A DNA stretch of 53,125 nucleotides from a virus (Duplodnaviria; Caudoviricetes): positions 1-53,125 of IMG/VR virus record IMGVR_UViG_3300025703_000003; one strand, written 5' to 3'. How positions within the stretch are numbered: the stretch's first letter is position 1; each line of letters starts with the position of its first letter. This document shows positions 8,380 to 18,045 of this stretch, one piece after another. Under the pieces are notes generated by a model. That model made no database searches. It saw only the letters and a program-made list of their open reading frames with translations, and was not told where the DNA came from. Position numbers and translations under genes: made by a program.

Positions 8380-9452
8380 ATTTTTATGTACGCCCTGACT
8401 ATCTGTTGCAAGACCTGAAGGATCAGCTGCTCAGATTCACGGCTCAGCGCAAGGCCCATCGCCTTGTGAAGACCCTGCTCAAGTTCCTTGGCGCGCTTCT
8501 CGGCGTCCTCGAAAGTCTTGGATTCCTCTAGGCCGTGGAACTCGGTGCGCACCTTGTTGAGTATCTCTTCGAGAAACGACTCGTGGGCGGGGTTAGAGGG
8601 GGTATGAAGCGTCGGTGTCGCGTAGACCGTCGTCGGCGGGAAGTTCTGGTGCTTCGCGTCCCACGCACGAACGGGCTTGCCATTCATCTCCGTGACCGCG
8701 ATGAGGTTCTTCTCTTCCAGTAGTGCGGCTGAGGGCACCGGTACGGGTTTGCTCAACGGCACCAGAGAGGTCACGTCGCCTTGGCTGGCGAGCAGTGCGG
8801 CAAAAGTCTCCGTCGAGTAGTAGAAGTGCCCCTCCACGCCGTAGGACGTGCCCCAGGAGTTGACGAGGTGCCAGAGGTCGCTTGGGAGGTCGTAGCCGGT
8901 GCATTCGTACTCGTGACCGCCTCGAACGGTGGCTTCGCGAGCAATCGCAACAAGTCCACTCGCGTCAGGCGTGTCGAAACTGGTGTACCAGTCCGAGCCG
9001 ACCATGAACGGCCCCGACTGGATGGCGGTATGTGCGGCAGCGACCGAAAGGGCATGCAGATAGCCCGAGCAGAGACCCTTGGCCTGAGCGGCCTTCGCCA
9101 CTGAGAGACCCGACGAGCCATTGTCATTGGGTGGGTAGGGACCATCGCCGTCGATAGTCTCAGCCGCCGAATACAACGCCAGTGCCTCGTTCTCGTCGAG
9201 CACCAACCCAGCGGCGATGAGAGCCGCGAGGTCGCCGTCGTCGGGGTTTGTCCCAAGGATTCCAGTACAGGCGTTGCCCGTGCAAGATCCCACGTCGCCC
9301 TGGTTGAGCACCGGGATAACGCGGTCCCACTGGACGGTGACGATGGTGTCGGCCTCGGGGAGCACATACGCCAGCGAGCGTTCGTCGTGGTTGACATGCC
9401 TGCCCAATCTCTTTCCCTCGACGATGATTTCGGGAATTAGGCGAGTGGTCAT
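8376..9452 (-). CDS. papain-family (C1-like) cysteine peptidase with C-terminal extension
   Basis: NQGDVGSCTG, GGHEY and LVNSWG catalytic motifs. Confidence 0.85.
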   Translation of the reverse strand: MTTRLIPEIIVEGKRLGRHVNHDERSLAYVLPEADTIVTVQWDRVIPVLNQGDVGSCTGNACTGILGTNPDDGDLAALIAAGLVLDENEALALYSAAETIDGDGPYPPNDNGSSGLSVAKAAQAKGLCSGYLHALSVAAAHTAIQSGPFMVGSDWYTSFDTPDASGLVAIAREATVRGGHEYECTGYDLPSDLWHLVNSWGTSYGVEGHFYYSTETFAALLASQGDVTSLVPLSKPVPVPSAALLEEKNLIAVTEMNGKPVRAWDAKHQNFPPTTVYATPTLHTPSNPAHESFLEEILNKVRTEFHGLEESKTFEDAEKRAKELEQGLHKAMGLALSRESEQLILQVLQQIVRAYIKI

Positions 9453-9964
9453 TGCTTCACTCTCTTCGCTAGTTGCTTGGCCGCAACTTTCTTCACGGCC
9501 TTCTTGGCTGGTGCGGCTTTCTTGACGACCTTTTTGGTGGTCGACTTCGTTTTCGGTATCGACGTGGTGACGTTCACTGGTCGTTTCAGCGCGTCCATGT
9601 GCGCCAGATGCTGAGCGTCCATCTTGTCGTGAAGCGCAACGTTCGCCGCCGCCGTGTTTCGCGTGAGCGAATCAATCTTCGCGTGCAGGTCATTCATTTT
9701 CTTACTCATCAACTCTCCTTTGTCTTGTTGGGATTCCAGCAGAGGTTTCACAACCTCGCGATGATGGCGTTCGAGTTCCTCGTGATGAATCTTGGCGAGT
9801 CCAGCCTTGACCCACTTTTTGAGGAACCACTGCCAGCAGATATTGATGACGACGAACACGAATACGCCCGCGACGATATTTCCCCACCAGACAATGGGGT
9901 GAGCCTGCGAGAAGAGGAAGTGTCGAGTGGCGTCAAAGTCATGCGCTATGTGATGAAGGAACAT
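9449..9964 (-). CDS. single-pass membrane protein with Lys/Ala-rich C-terminal tail
   Basis: Hydrophobic IVAGVFVFVVINICWQWFL; KKAAPAKKAVKK tail. Confidence 0.7.
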   Translation of the reverse strand: MFLHHIAHDFDATRHFLFSQAHPIVWWGNIVAGVFVFVVINICWQWFLKKWVKAGLAKIHHEELERHHREVVKPLLESQQDKGELMSKKMNDLHAKIDSLTRNTAAANVALHDKMDAQHLAHMDALKRPVNVTTSIPKTKSTTKKVVKKAAPAKKAVKKVAAKQLAKRVKQ

Positions 9965-10004
9965 TTCCCCTCATGGTAGGACGCAGCGAAGCGCCAAACG
10001 CGGA

Positions 10005-10340
10005 TTAGGCGTTCTGTGTCGGGGCCTGTGGCGAGAGAATCAACTGCGTCGGTGCGCTTGCGCCCACATCGAAGACCTCTGAGCCCGTCCATGCCACGCC
10101 AGCGACGGTGAAGTCCACCGTGACCGTGACAGCCGCGTCGAGCGGGCCATCGGCAGTCGCGACGAAGCCCGACTGGTCGGCGGCTGGGGTGCAGGTGATC
10201 GCGGCAGGGTCCGAGGACGTCACTGTGAGACTTCCAGCATCGATCGTCGGGGCCGTGGTCGGGTTGTTGGCGGCGTCTTCGAAGACGAAGATCACGTCAG
10301 AATTCTGGTTGTCGGCTAGGCCGAATGGTACGTTACTCAT
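10005..10340 (-). CDS. Ig-like beta-sandwich protein
   Basis: Beta-rich composition, TVTSSDPAAITCTP pattern, AAGGAG RBS. Confidence 0.65.
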   Translation of the reverse strand: MSNVPFGLADNQNSDVIFVFEDAANNPTTAPTIDAGSLTVTSSDPAAITCTPAADQSGFVATADGPLDAAVTVTVDFTVAGVAWTGSEVFDVGASAPTQLILSPQAPTQNA

Positions 10341-10501
10341 TGATTCTCCTTAGGTGTTTGAGGCTCGAGAATTACTTTTACTGCGGGGTTCGATTCGTTC
10401 ACTACATGGATCGTAACGCTGACTTCGATTCCTTCGTCCAGCCGTCGAAGTATCGCTTCGAGAAGTTCTCTGGTACGTCGACGACCTTCGAGTTCGTCCA
10501 C
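10337..10501 (-). CDS. small hypothetical protein, not in the ORF track
   Basis: GTG start; translation ends VILEPQTPKENQ, resembling the LILSPQAPTQNA end of the next gene. Confidence 0.45.
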   Translation of the reverse strand: MDELEGRRRTRELLEAILRRLDEGIEVSVTIHVVNESNPAVKVILEPQTPKENQ

Positions 10502-10690
10502 CTAGAGCTCCGTGGCGAACCACAGGTGCAGGCAGACCGCGATAAGCCCAGCGCCGAGCCACACGGCCCAGTTGGTGATGAAGACCGTTCCTGAGGCCAC
10601 GATGATGAGCAGCGCGAAACACACGATCGCCAAGATGAGCCACAGCGGTAGTCGCCGCCTGCGCGTTGGGGCTGGTGAAGGGTTAGTCAT
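10502..10690 (-). CDS. two-TM membrane protein, holin candidate
   Basis: Basic N-terminus followed by two hydrophobic helices; lies in the lysis cluster. Confidence 0.55.
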   Translation of the reverse strand: MTNPSPAPTRRRRLPLWLILAIVCFALLIIVASGTVFITNWAVWLGAGLIAVCLHLWFATEL

Positions 10691-10766
10691 AACTTTCCTT
10701 TCCTTTCTAGAGCCGGGTAACCACGACAACGAGGACGATTAAAAGTAGACCGAGCACGTCTTCACC

Positions 10767-11393
10767 TTACGCCCCTTCGTCGTCTTTCAGGCGTTCTTGC
10801 TCTTGCACGACGCTTTCTAGCAAATCACGCGAACTACCTCCGCCATCGGTGTGCATGTCCTTCACGAGAGCGGTGGTGTCCTTTTGAATCGCCCCTAGGA
10901 GTTCGGCCTGACGCGCCTCGCCTGCCTCGTGCTCCTGAGCAACGGCATCTCTAACTTCTGCGACCGAAGCAGGAACGGGCTTGCCGGCGAGTTCGCTGAC
11001 GGCTAACTCGATGCTCGAGACCGAGTTGTGGAGGCTCGCGACGTCGTCTTGAATCTTCAGTACCGTGCCGTTCTGTTGCCCGAAGCGAGTTGACATCGCG
11101 AGTACGGCTTCGGAGTTTTCCTTTGTCTCAGCGGTAGCGGCTCTCGTCGCTTCGATTGCAGTAGCGGCGTTGGCGTTGGCGTCTTTGATCTGTTCCATGA
11201 ACCCGGGCGGCGGGTCCGGTTCGAGGTCTGACTTCGGGCGCCCGACGATGAACTCTCTCAGTTCGTGGACGGACTTGAACTGCTTCGATAGATAAATACC
11301 AAGTCCCGAGAGAATCGCAATGATGACGCCATCGGCGATTTCCGTGAATGACGAGGGGTGCGGCGCGGCCTGTTGGACGATAACAGACAGCAC
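10767..11393 (-). CDS. membrane-anchored coiled-coil protein of the lysis region
   Basis: N-terminal TM segment GVIIAILSGLGIYL followed by a helical region. Confidence 0.65.
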   Translation of the reverse strand: MLSVIVQQAAPHPSSFTEIADGVIIAILSGLGIYLSKQFKSVHELREFIVGRPKSDLEPDPPPGFMEQIKDANANAATAIEATRAATAETKENSEAVLAMSTRFGQQNGTVLKIQDDVASLHNSVSSIELAVSELAGKPVPASVAEVRDAVAQEHEAGEARQAELLGAIQKDTTALVKDMHTDGGGSSRDLLESVVQEQERLKDDEGA

Positions 11394-11395
11394 GT

Positions 11396-12016
11396 CTACT
11401 TCTTTGGTGGGAAGCGAACGGCCTTCGCTCTCGTGTTGACTCGTAGGAACGTCCGCGGGCGAGTGTCGAGTCGTAGTGGCTGAATGAACGGCCCACCAGG
11501 TTGCCCGTGACTCACGACCATCGGTACGGGCTTCACTGCGACGACGATTGAAATGTGCTCATCACCGTTCGGTCCGTAGGCGGCGTAGTCACCGGGACGT
11601 AGTTCAGCAATGTCGGTGAATCGCCTTATCGCACTTCGCCAGAACGAACCGGAGTTTCCTGCGCCGCTGGCCCACGGGTAACCAGATGGACTGATGTCCA
11701 AGCCCGCGAGCGCGGCTGAAATCTCGCTCGACCCTGAGCAGTCTGTGATGACGACGTGCCGATTGCCCCACAGTTTCGTGTTCAACCAGTTGCGAGCGAA
11801 GGGTATCGGTCGAATCTCGTCGTAGTCCGTCGGCATCGTCGAGTGCTTGTGTCGCGCCCAGTACATCGCCCACTGCGCTATTGCTGGCCCGGCGTTGTGG
11901 TTGACCTTCGACTTTGCGAGATCGATCGACCTGCGAATCACCCCTTGAACAGGCGCGTCGAAATCTATCTTGCTCGGATTACTCGGGTCGGTTATCCGTG
12001 CGGTCATGGTCGACAT
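11396..12016 (-). CDS. NlpC/P60-family peptidoglycan peptidase, endolysin candidate
   Basis: TDCSG, LRPGD, EHISIVV and VSHG motifs; follows the tail genes. Confidence 0.75.
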   Translation of the reverse strand: MSTMTARITDPSNPSKIDFDAPVQGVIRRSIDLAKSKVNHNAGPAIAQWAMYWARHKHSTMPTDYDEIRPIPFARNWLNTKLWGNRHVVITDCSGSSEISAALAGLDISPSGYPWASGAGNSGSFWRSAIRRFTDIAELRPGDYAAYGPNGDEHISIVVAVKPVPMVVSHGQPGGPFIQPLRLDTRPRTFLRVNTRAKAVRFPPKK

Positions 12017-12047
12017 CCTAACTGTCGGATTGTTGCGTGGAGGGGCA

Positions 12048-12980
12048 TCACATCATCATGATTATCTGCACAGCGACCCCGTTAATCATGGTGTTCGTCG
12101 AAGCGTACGCAATCGCGACCCAGTGACCGAGGCCGTCCGTGGCGAGAGATTCCCAGTTCGCCGCTGACGGAGGAGCGCCGCCGAACGCCCACGTCACACC
12201 ATTGTCAGTGGAAATCATGGTGTAGGCCGAACCACCGTTAACCGCGACCCAGTTTCCTGCGCCGTCGGTGGTGAGTGATTGCCAATTATACGCCGCTGGA
12301 GGGGCGCCGCCCGCGCTCCACGTGACGCCGTTGTTGGAAGAAATCATGGTGTACGACGGGCCAATTCCAATCGAAACCGCGACCCAATGACCGGCACCGT
12401 CCGTGGCTAGTGAACGCCAGTAAGCCGATACCGGTGCGGCGCCGCCCGCCGACCAGGTGACGCCGTTGTCAGTGGAAATCATGGTGTTCGAAGAATTGGC
12501 AATCGCGACCCAATGACCGGCACCGTCCGTGGCGAGAGGGAACCAGGAATCCGATACCGGTGCGGCGCCGCCCGCCGACCAGGTGACGCCGTTGTCAGTG
12601 GAAATCATGGTGTTCGTCGAAGCGTACGCAATCGCGACCCAGTGACCGAGGCCGTCCGTGGCGAGAGATTCCCATTGATCTGCTGCCGGTGCAGCGCCGC
12701 CCGCCGACCAGGTGACGCCGTTGTTCGAGGAAATCATGGTGTTGGTCGAACTGTTCGCAATCGCGACCCAATGACCGGCACCGTCCGTGGCGAGAGATTG
12801 CCAGGAATCCGCTGACGGTGCCGCCCCTCCTGCACTCCACGTCACACCATTGTCAGTGGAAATCATGGTGTTCGTCGAAGAATTGGCAATCGCGACCCAG
12901 TTTCCTAGTCTATCGGTGGCGAGTGATTGCCAGTTATCCGATACCGGTGCTGCACCACCCGCTATCCACGAGATACTCAC
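12048..12980 (-). CDS. Asp-box (BNR) repeat beta-propeller protein, probable receptor-binding or tail-tip protein
   Basis: Seven ~43-aa repeats, six of them ending S(T/S)(D/N)NGVTW. Confidence 0.8.
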   Translation of the reverse strand: MSISWIAGGAAPVSDNWQSLATDRLGNWVAIANSSTNTMISTDNGVTWSAGGAAPSADSWQSLATDGAGHWVAIANSSTNTMISSNNGVTWSAGGAAPAADQWESLATDGLGHWVAIAYASTNTMISTDNGVTWSAGGAAPVSDSWFPLATDGAGHWVAIANSSNTMISTDNGVTWSAGGAAPVSAYWRSLATDGAGHWVAVSIGIGPSYTMISSNNGVTWSAGGAPPAAYNWQSLTTDGAGNWVAVNGGSAYTMISTDNGVTWAFGGAPPSAANWESLATDGLGHWVAIAYASTNTMINGVAVQIIMMM

Positions 12981-13032
12981 GGAGTCACCGAGAACACGTA
13001 GTCAACCACAATGTCACTGGTCAATGAATTCA

Positions 13033-13650
13033 TTAGACCGTCGCGGTCAAGACGCTGAAGGACATATCAACCGCGCTGGAAGAACTAGACACGCCGTTCA
13101 CTTTTGTCAAATTCGGGACGCGATACGGCGTGCACGTCCACGCGGTCGGCGTCGTCGTGACACTGAGTCCCGTGAGTCCCGTGACATCAGACCCATTGAC
13201 CTGAACCTTCATCGTGACTGATCCAGTTCCGGTGTCGCCCTTCGCGCCGACGACGTAGGTGGCACCACCAGGAACGTATACGCCAGGCAGTGTCTGAGCG
13301 GGAACAGAACCGAGAATGGCATATCCGAGTACTGATTGCAGACCACCGCCAACAACCGCCATCGTGCCGAGAACGATTCGGTCGGTACCGTCGACCAAGA
13401 CGAGAACTGAATCGCCCACGGTCGGCGTGTACCAACTTTGATAACTAACGCCCGTCCACTGTGTCCCGCCGGTCACGCCGCCAGGGGCGACGTCGATACT
13501 TGGTGGCGTGTCATTGACCGTGACGACGACCGCCCATACGAGACGAGTGATGGTCTGTTTCGGAACCGCGACGTCGGCCTGAGATCGCACTGCGTCAGCG
13601 ACGTCGCGAATCCGAGCGTGGAGATCAGGAGACGGAGTGTCGTTACTCAC
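13033..13650 (-). CDS. minor tail protein
   Basis: SWYTPTVGDSVLVL OB-fold-like motif; position in the tail module. Confidence 0.7.
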   Translation of the reverse strand: MSNDTPSPDLHARIRDVADAVRSQADVAVPKQTITRLVWAVVVTVNDTPPSIDVAPGGVTGGTQWTGVSYQSWYTPTVGDSVLVLVDGTDRIVLGTMAVVGGGLQSVLGYAILGSVPAQTLPGVYVPGGATYVVGAKGDTGTGSVTMKVQVNGSDVTGLTGLSVTTTPTAWTCTPYRVPNLTKVNGVSSSSSAVDMSFSVLTATV

Positions 13651-14954
13651 GGTTGCCAGACCAGTCGGCCAACGGCTTGCGCGCCAGCACCACCGGCGCT
13701 GAGGTCAATCATCACCTGGTCGAGAATGTAATTGAAGCCCGCGAGACTTAGGGCCGTATCCGCAGGGATTCCGGCTTTCGGGTTGTAGACGGTGATCACA
13801 TCATCGATATCGTGCGCTGGTTGGTCACGCAACGTGAAGGTCGATTTCTCAAGTGAACCAATTGAAGTCAGCCCGATCGCGAGCGCCATCGCTTGGGCTG
13901 CGTTCGGGTCGCCTTGTTGGATGTTCGTCGTGAACTTCTGCAAGAGCACTGAGTACGTTCCGGTGAGTGGCGGAAGTGTGTACTGCGGCACCGTCCAGTC
14001 AGCAGGCGCGTCGGCAAAGAACGTCGGGGAACCAGGATAAGAATCCCACCAAAACACGGTGACTGGTGGGTTCGCCTTCGTGCCACTCGACTCGACGCAG
14101 ATGACGTTAGGAACCTGCTGGTTACTAATAGCTCTCGAAATTTGATACGGAGAAGTAGACGTGTTCGCTAAGTATTCGACGCACGATGTAATGCTCGACG
14201 GGTCAGGAACGACAACGAGACAGAGCGCACCGGTGCAGTTGAAGTAGAGGGCGGCTCCGTAGGCCGAGGCCAGGTCCGTCGCGGCTTTCGCGGGATCATC
14301 ACCAATCGCGTAATGCGCCAGAGGCGCGTCTGCACTAATGATGTCCGTCTCTCCGACGGGGAACGGAATCGAGAAGTAACCTGCGTAACTGCTTGCCCTA
14401 GCGATTATCTCGTAAATCGCGTCAGTAATAGTCTCGACATCACCCGGACCGCCGCCAGACCAAGGATAATTGAACGAGAGCCTCGACAACCACTCCATGC
14501 GGTCGCTCATCGTCCCCTTGAAGATCATTCCATTTGAATCTCGGTTGATGTCCACTTCATCGATGAGGAACACGCCGAGTTGCGCGTAGGTCGCGACACC
14601 GCTGACATACGTGCCCTTGAAAATCCTCATCTCGTTTCCGTAAGGGGAGAACCACCCGTCATTAGTACCGGCTATCGGTAGAAGGTCTCCGCCTGGGTCA
14701 TTGGCGAGGTCATTGAGAATAACGATGTTCGTTGCAGTACGTCGGATGATGTTCGACCGGTCGATCTTCACCGTGCCCGAGACGTATTTGAACGTTCCGA
14801 GAAGCGTCTGCGATGTGTAGCCTGCGTTGATGCTCGTCCAGATTTCGACGTAGCCGAGTGGTCGGAGTATCGGCACGGTGTACGCCGCGAGCCAGTCCGC
14901 TATTGAAATAGGCGTTGGAACGCCGATTGTAGAACCGTATAACTGACCGGCCAT
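13647..14954 (-). CDS. minor tail protein (hub/Tal-like)
   Basis: GTVKIDRSNIIRRT, PYGNEMRI and LGVFLID motifs; second gene after the tape measure. Confidence 0.75.
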   Translation of the reverse strand: MAGQLYGSTIGVPTPISIADWLAAYTVPILRPLGYVEIWTSINAGYTSQTLLGTFKYVSGTVKIDRSNIIRRTATNIVILNDLANDPGGDLLPIAGTNDGWFSPYGNEMRIFKGTYVSGVATYAQLGVFLIDEVDINRDSNGMIFKGTMSDRMEWLSRLSFNYPWSGGGPGDVETITDAIYEIIARASSYAGYFSIPFPVGETDIISADAPLAHYAIGDDPAKAATDLASAYGAALYFNCTGALCLVVVPDPSSITSCVEYLANTSTSPYQISRAISNQQVPNVICVESSGTKANPPVTVFWWDSYPGSPTFFADAPADWTVPQYTLPPLTGTYSVLLQKFTTNIQQGDPNAAQAMALAIGLTSIGSLEKSTFTLRDQPAHDIDDVITVYNPKAGIPADTALSLAGFNYILDQVMIDLSAGGAGAQAVGRLVWQP

Positions 14955-15328
14955 TACGCAGATACCTCGAAGAATTTCACCGTCCAGGTGTCGACGTAAT
15001 CATTGAGCCACGTCGAGTACTGAACTGCACCGAGTGGGTCAGTCGCGGGGTCTATTCCAACGACCATCGTCGAAGTATCAGGGAAAGTGATCGTGAGTGG
15101 GACGCCCTCCATGAGCATTGCTTCTAGTGCCGCGTCGTTGGCGACAGAATTAGGAATCGCGATCATCGTCCACGTTCCACCACGTCGTATGACGTCGACC
15201 GAGAGAACCGTATACGGATAGTCGAGTGGGTAGTACGCCGCGCCGTTGGAGTGAAGAAGTGGCTTGTAGTCGGGGTTACCGATGAAGGTAATCGTCGTCG
15301 TGCCGTCAGTGATCGTGGCATCGCTCAT
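14954..15328 (-). CDS. distal tail-like protein
   Basis: Directly downstream of the tape measure gene. Confidence 0.6.
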   Translation of the reverse strand: MSDATITDGTTTITFIGNPDYKPLLHSNGAAYYPLDYPYTVLSVDVIRRGGTWTMIAIPNSVANDAALEAMLMEGVPLTITFPDTSTMVVGIDPATDPLGAVQYSTWLNDYVDTWTVKFFEVSA

Positions 15329-18045
15329 CGAACCACCGCCAGTCCTGAAGTGCCACCACGGAGTTCGGCGGCGAGTTGACGGAGCGCCTGGTCGATGTAG
15401 GTCTTGGTTGCATTAAGTGACGCTGCGTCATTGCCGGGCGCGGGATGAATGTTGATAGCCCCCGAGGCGATATTGAGCACTACTCCCCTGCTGAGAGACC
15501 GTGTCGGTGTGGGTGCGACTGGGGCTGACATAAAACCAATAGGAGTGCTCGCATTGGTCCCATTGAGATTCGCACCCGTCTGAGTCTTATACGCTGCGCC
15601 GATCGCCGCGCGATAGACCGAACCGGATACCGCGATGCCGTTTACCATGAGGGCCGTCAGAGACCCCGTGGTGGCAGTTGTCGCGGCCTTGACGGCGGCT
15701 TTGGCCTTCGCGGCGGCGGCTTTGGCTTCTTTTTGAAGTTCCGCTTGACCGGCGTCGGCGATCTTCACTGATTCGGCGGCGGTGAACCCGGCCTTCTCCA
15801 AGGCTTTCACGGAGTCAGTGAATGGCTTCACGGCGTCGTGAAGGGCCTGGGTCGCTTTGTTCGCCGGTACACCCAGGGCTTTGAGTTGTTCGACGCCTTT
15901 CGCGAAGGGCATCTTGATAGCGGTGACGACTTCACTAGTCAAAGTCGTCTGAGCCTTTACTGCATCTGCGGCTGATTTCTTGGCGGCGGCTGTCGCAGCA
16001 CTCGTGGCCTTCTTCGCGGCAGCGGCAGCGGCTTTGATTGCGACTGTGTTCGGCGGTGCGATGTAAGCGTCGACCTGTCGTTGATACTGCGCTGTGCCGT
16101 GCGTCGCCACGCTGTGCTTGTAGGCAGCAGCGTATGAAGCGCTCAGCGCACTCACCGCTTTCGTGTTCGTGTCGAGAGATGTCTTGCTGTCGGGTGTGAA
16201 TGAAAACCCGAAGAGTTTCGCGGCCTTCGTGTCGAATTTGTTCAACGCAGAGAGTTTCGAAGGACTGTTCTTGTCTAGCGCCGCCTGAGCATCATATTTC
16301 TGTTGAAATTGTGCAGAATTGTTCACCGTCCCGAACACTGAATTAGAGATGTCGTTGATAGCGCCGACAATCTGTTTACGACCGAGAATCGCTGCGGCGA
16401 CCGCGATACTTATCGGGTTGAGAAGTGAGAGAAACGATGCACCCATCGCCTTCGTCTCAGTTCCAACGACTCCCGCTGTTTCGGCGGTGGTAGTTCCAAT
16501 AGTCGCGATGGATGTATCAGCCAAACCCGTTTGAACCGCAACCTTATCCGCCATCGTCGTCGCACCACCTGACATCGTGACGAAGGCGATGACTGACCTC
16601 GCTGCTTGAGCAACGGCGGTAGCGCCCATCTTGATAAGCGCGGGAGCGAGAATGGTGGCAATAACAGCCTCGACCGCGTGCGCCTCCGTCGAACCCTTCG
16701 CGAACCACCCAACGACATCCACCAGTCCATTGATGACCGGAAGAATTGCCCCCGCGACTTTCGTCAATGCGGGAACGAGAACGCTGCCGAGTTTCGTCCC
16801 ATCGTCGCTGACGGCCGCGCCGAGAATTGCCATCTTGCCTTGAAGGGTCTGCTGTTCAATGGCCGAAGCCTTCGTTACGGTGTTGTTCTGATTCACTGCC
16901 GTTGTTGCTTTGTTGTACGAGTTCGTTCCAGCATCGAGAACCGCCGTCATCTGCTTCGCGGCCGAGGCACCGAAGATAAGTGTCGCCGTCGCCAACTGCT
17001 GTTGCTGAGTCATGGTCTTAAACTTCGGCCCGAGTTTTTCGATGATCGTTGACATCGGGGTTATTTGACCCTTCGCGTTCACGACTTGGATCCCGTATTC
17101 CTTGAGCGTGTCCCTTGCGGTGATGTTCGTCTTGGTCGTTCCAGTTGCCGCACCAGCCAACGCTGTGTACGAACCTTGCAAGGCTGTAAGAGCACCGCGA
17201 CCCGTAATCCCGTTATGAGTCAGGTCCACCATCAAGGCGCTGAGGTCTTTCAAGGGCGGGGCCAACGTACCGAGACGGCCCTTCACCCGCTCGACGCTCG
17301 CCGCCAAGGTATCGATACCTATCCCGGTGGCACGGCTCGCGTTGAAGAGCGTCTGCGCGGCACCCGCGGCCTGTGATACAGGTACCTGAAATGCCTGCAT
17401 GACACCGGCGAGCGTCTGCGTCGACGTGGTTAAATCGTTCCCACTCGCCGCTGCTAGGTCCATTGCGTTATTCATGAACGTCGTCGATTGAGCGGTCGTT
17501 AGCGCTTGACCCTGAATTGATTTGAGTTCGCCCGCTACCTGGGAGAACGCCTGGGCCTGCTTGATACCCGAGTACTCCGCTTTACCAGCCGTGTTCAAAA
17601 ACGCGTTACCGACGTTGGTCGCGGCTTTCACAGTGATGTTTTCACTGGTGGCAATCGAGGCGTTCGCCGTCTGCATGTCGATGGCGAGTTTGACCGACGC
17701 AGCACCGATTGCCGCTATTCCCAATGCCGCGACCTTGGGTCCGCTCAACAACGAAGCCGGGACACCGAGACTTGAGAGGGAACCAGAGGCTTTCTGCCCG
17801 ATGTCATTCCAGAGGCCCTTGATCTTGCCCGTCTCTGTTTCAGCGGACTTGACCGCATCTTTTCCGATGTCTTTCGCGCCTTTACCGAACCCACTTGAGA
17901 GCGCAGCGCCAGCGTCCGCACCGGCCGTATCGGCCTTGGACGCTAACGCGCCACCAGCGCTGAGGTCGGTTTCGGCAATGTCAGCTTTGACCGCTGAGGT
18001 ATTCGCTCGTACGACAATCTGGGCTTCGCCGACAGTGGTGATCAT
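15325..18045 (-). CDS. tail tape measure protein
   Basis: 906-aa Ala/Thr-rich helical protein, VGEAQIVVRA N-terminus, AMDLAAASG...IFG core; follows the chaperone genes. Confidence 0.92.
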   Translation of the reverse strand: MITTVGEAQIVVRANTSAVKADIAETDLSAGGALASKADTAGADAGAALSSGFGKGAKDIGKDAVKSAETETGKIKGLWNDIGQKASGSLSSLGVPASLLSGPKVAALGIAAIGAASVKLAIDMQTANASIATSENITVKAATNVGNAFLNTAGKAEYSGIKQAQAFSQVAGELKSIQGQALTTAQSTTFMNNAMDLAAASGNDLTTSTQTLAGVMQAFQVPVSQAAGAAQTLFNASRATGIGIDTLAASVERVKGRLGTLAPPLKDLSALMVDLTHNGITGRGALTALQGSYTALAGAATGTTKTNITARDTLKEYGIQVVNAKGQITPMSTIIEKLGPKFKTMTQQQQLATATLIFGASAAKQMTAVLDAGTNSYNKATTAVNQNNTVTKASAIEQQTLQGKMAILGAAVSDDGTKLGSVLVPALTKVAGAILPVINGLVDVVGWFAKGSTEAHAVEAVIATILAPALIKMGATAVAQAARSVIAFVTMSGGATTMADKVAVQTGLADTSIATIGTTTAETAGVVGTETKAMGASFLSLLNPISIAVAAAILGRKQIVGAINDISNSVFGTVNNSAQFQQKYDAQAALDKNSPSKLSALNKFDTKAAKLFGFSFTPDSKTSLDTNTKAVSALSASYAAAYKHSVATHGTAQYQRQVDAYIAPPNTVAIKAAAAAAKKATSAATAAAKKSAADAVKAQTTLTSEVVTAIKMPFAKGVEQLKALGVPANKATQALHDAVKPFTDSVKALEKAGFTAAESVKIADAGQAELQKEAKAAAAKAKAAVKAATTATTGSLTALMVNGIAVSGSVYRAAIGAAYKTQTGANLNGTNASTPIGFMSAPVAPTPTRSLSRGVVLNIASGAINIHPAPGNDAASLNATKTYIDQALRQLAAELRGGTSGLAVVR

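Noticed and set aside
12048-12980. Diversity-generating retroelement TR/VR pair
   Set aside because: No reverse transcriptase is present, and differences between repeats are not adenine-specific; these are intragenic coding repeats.
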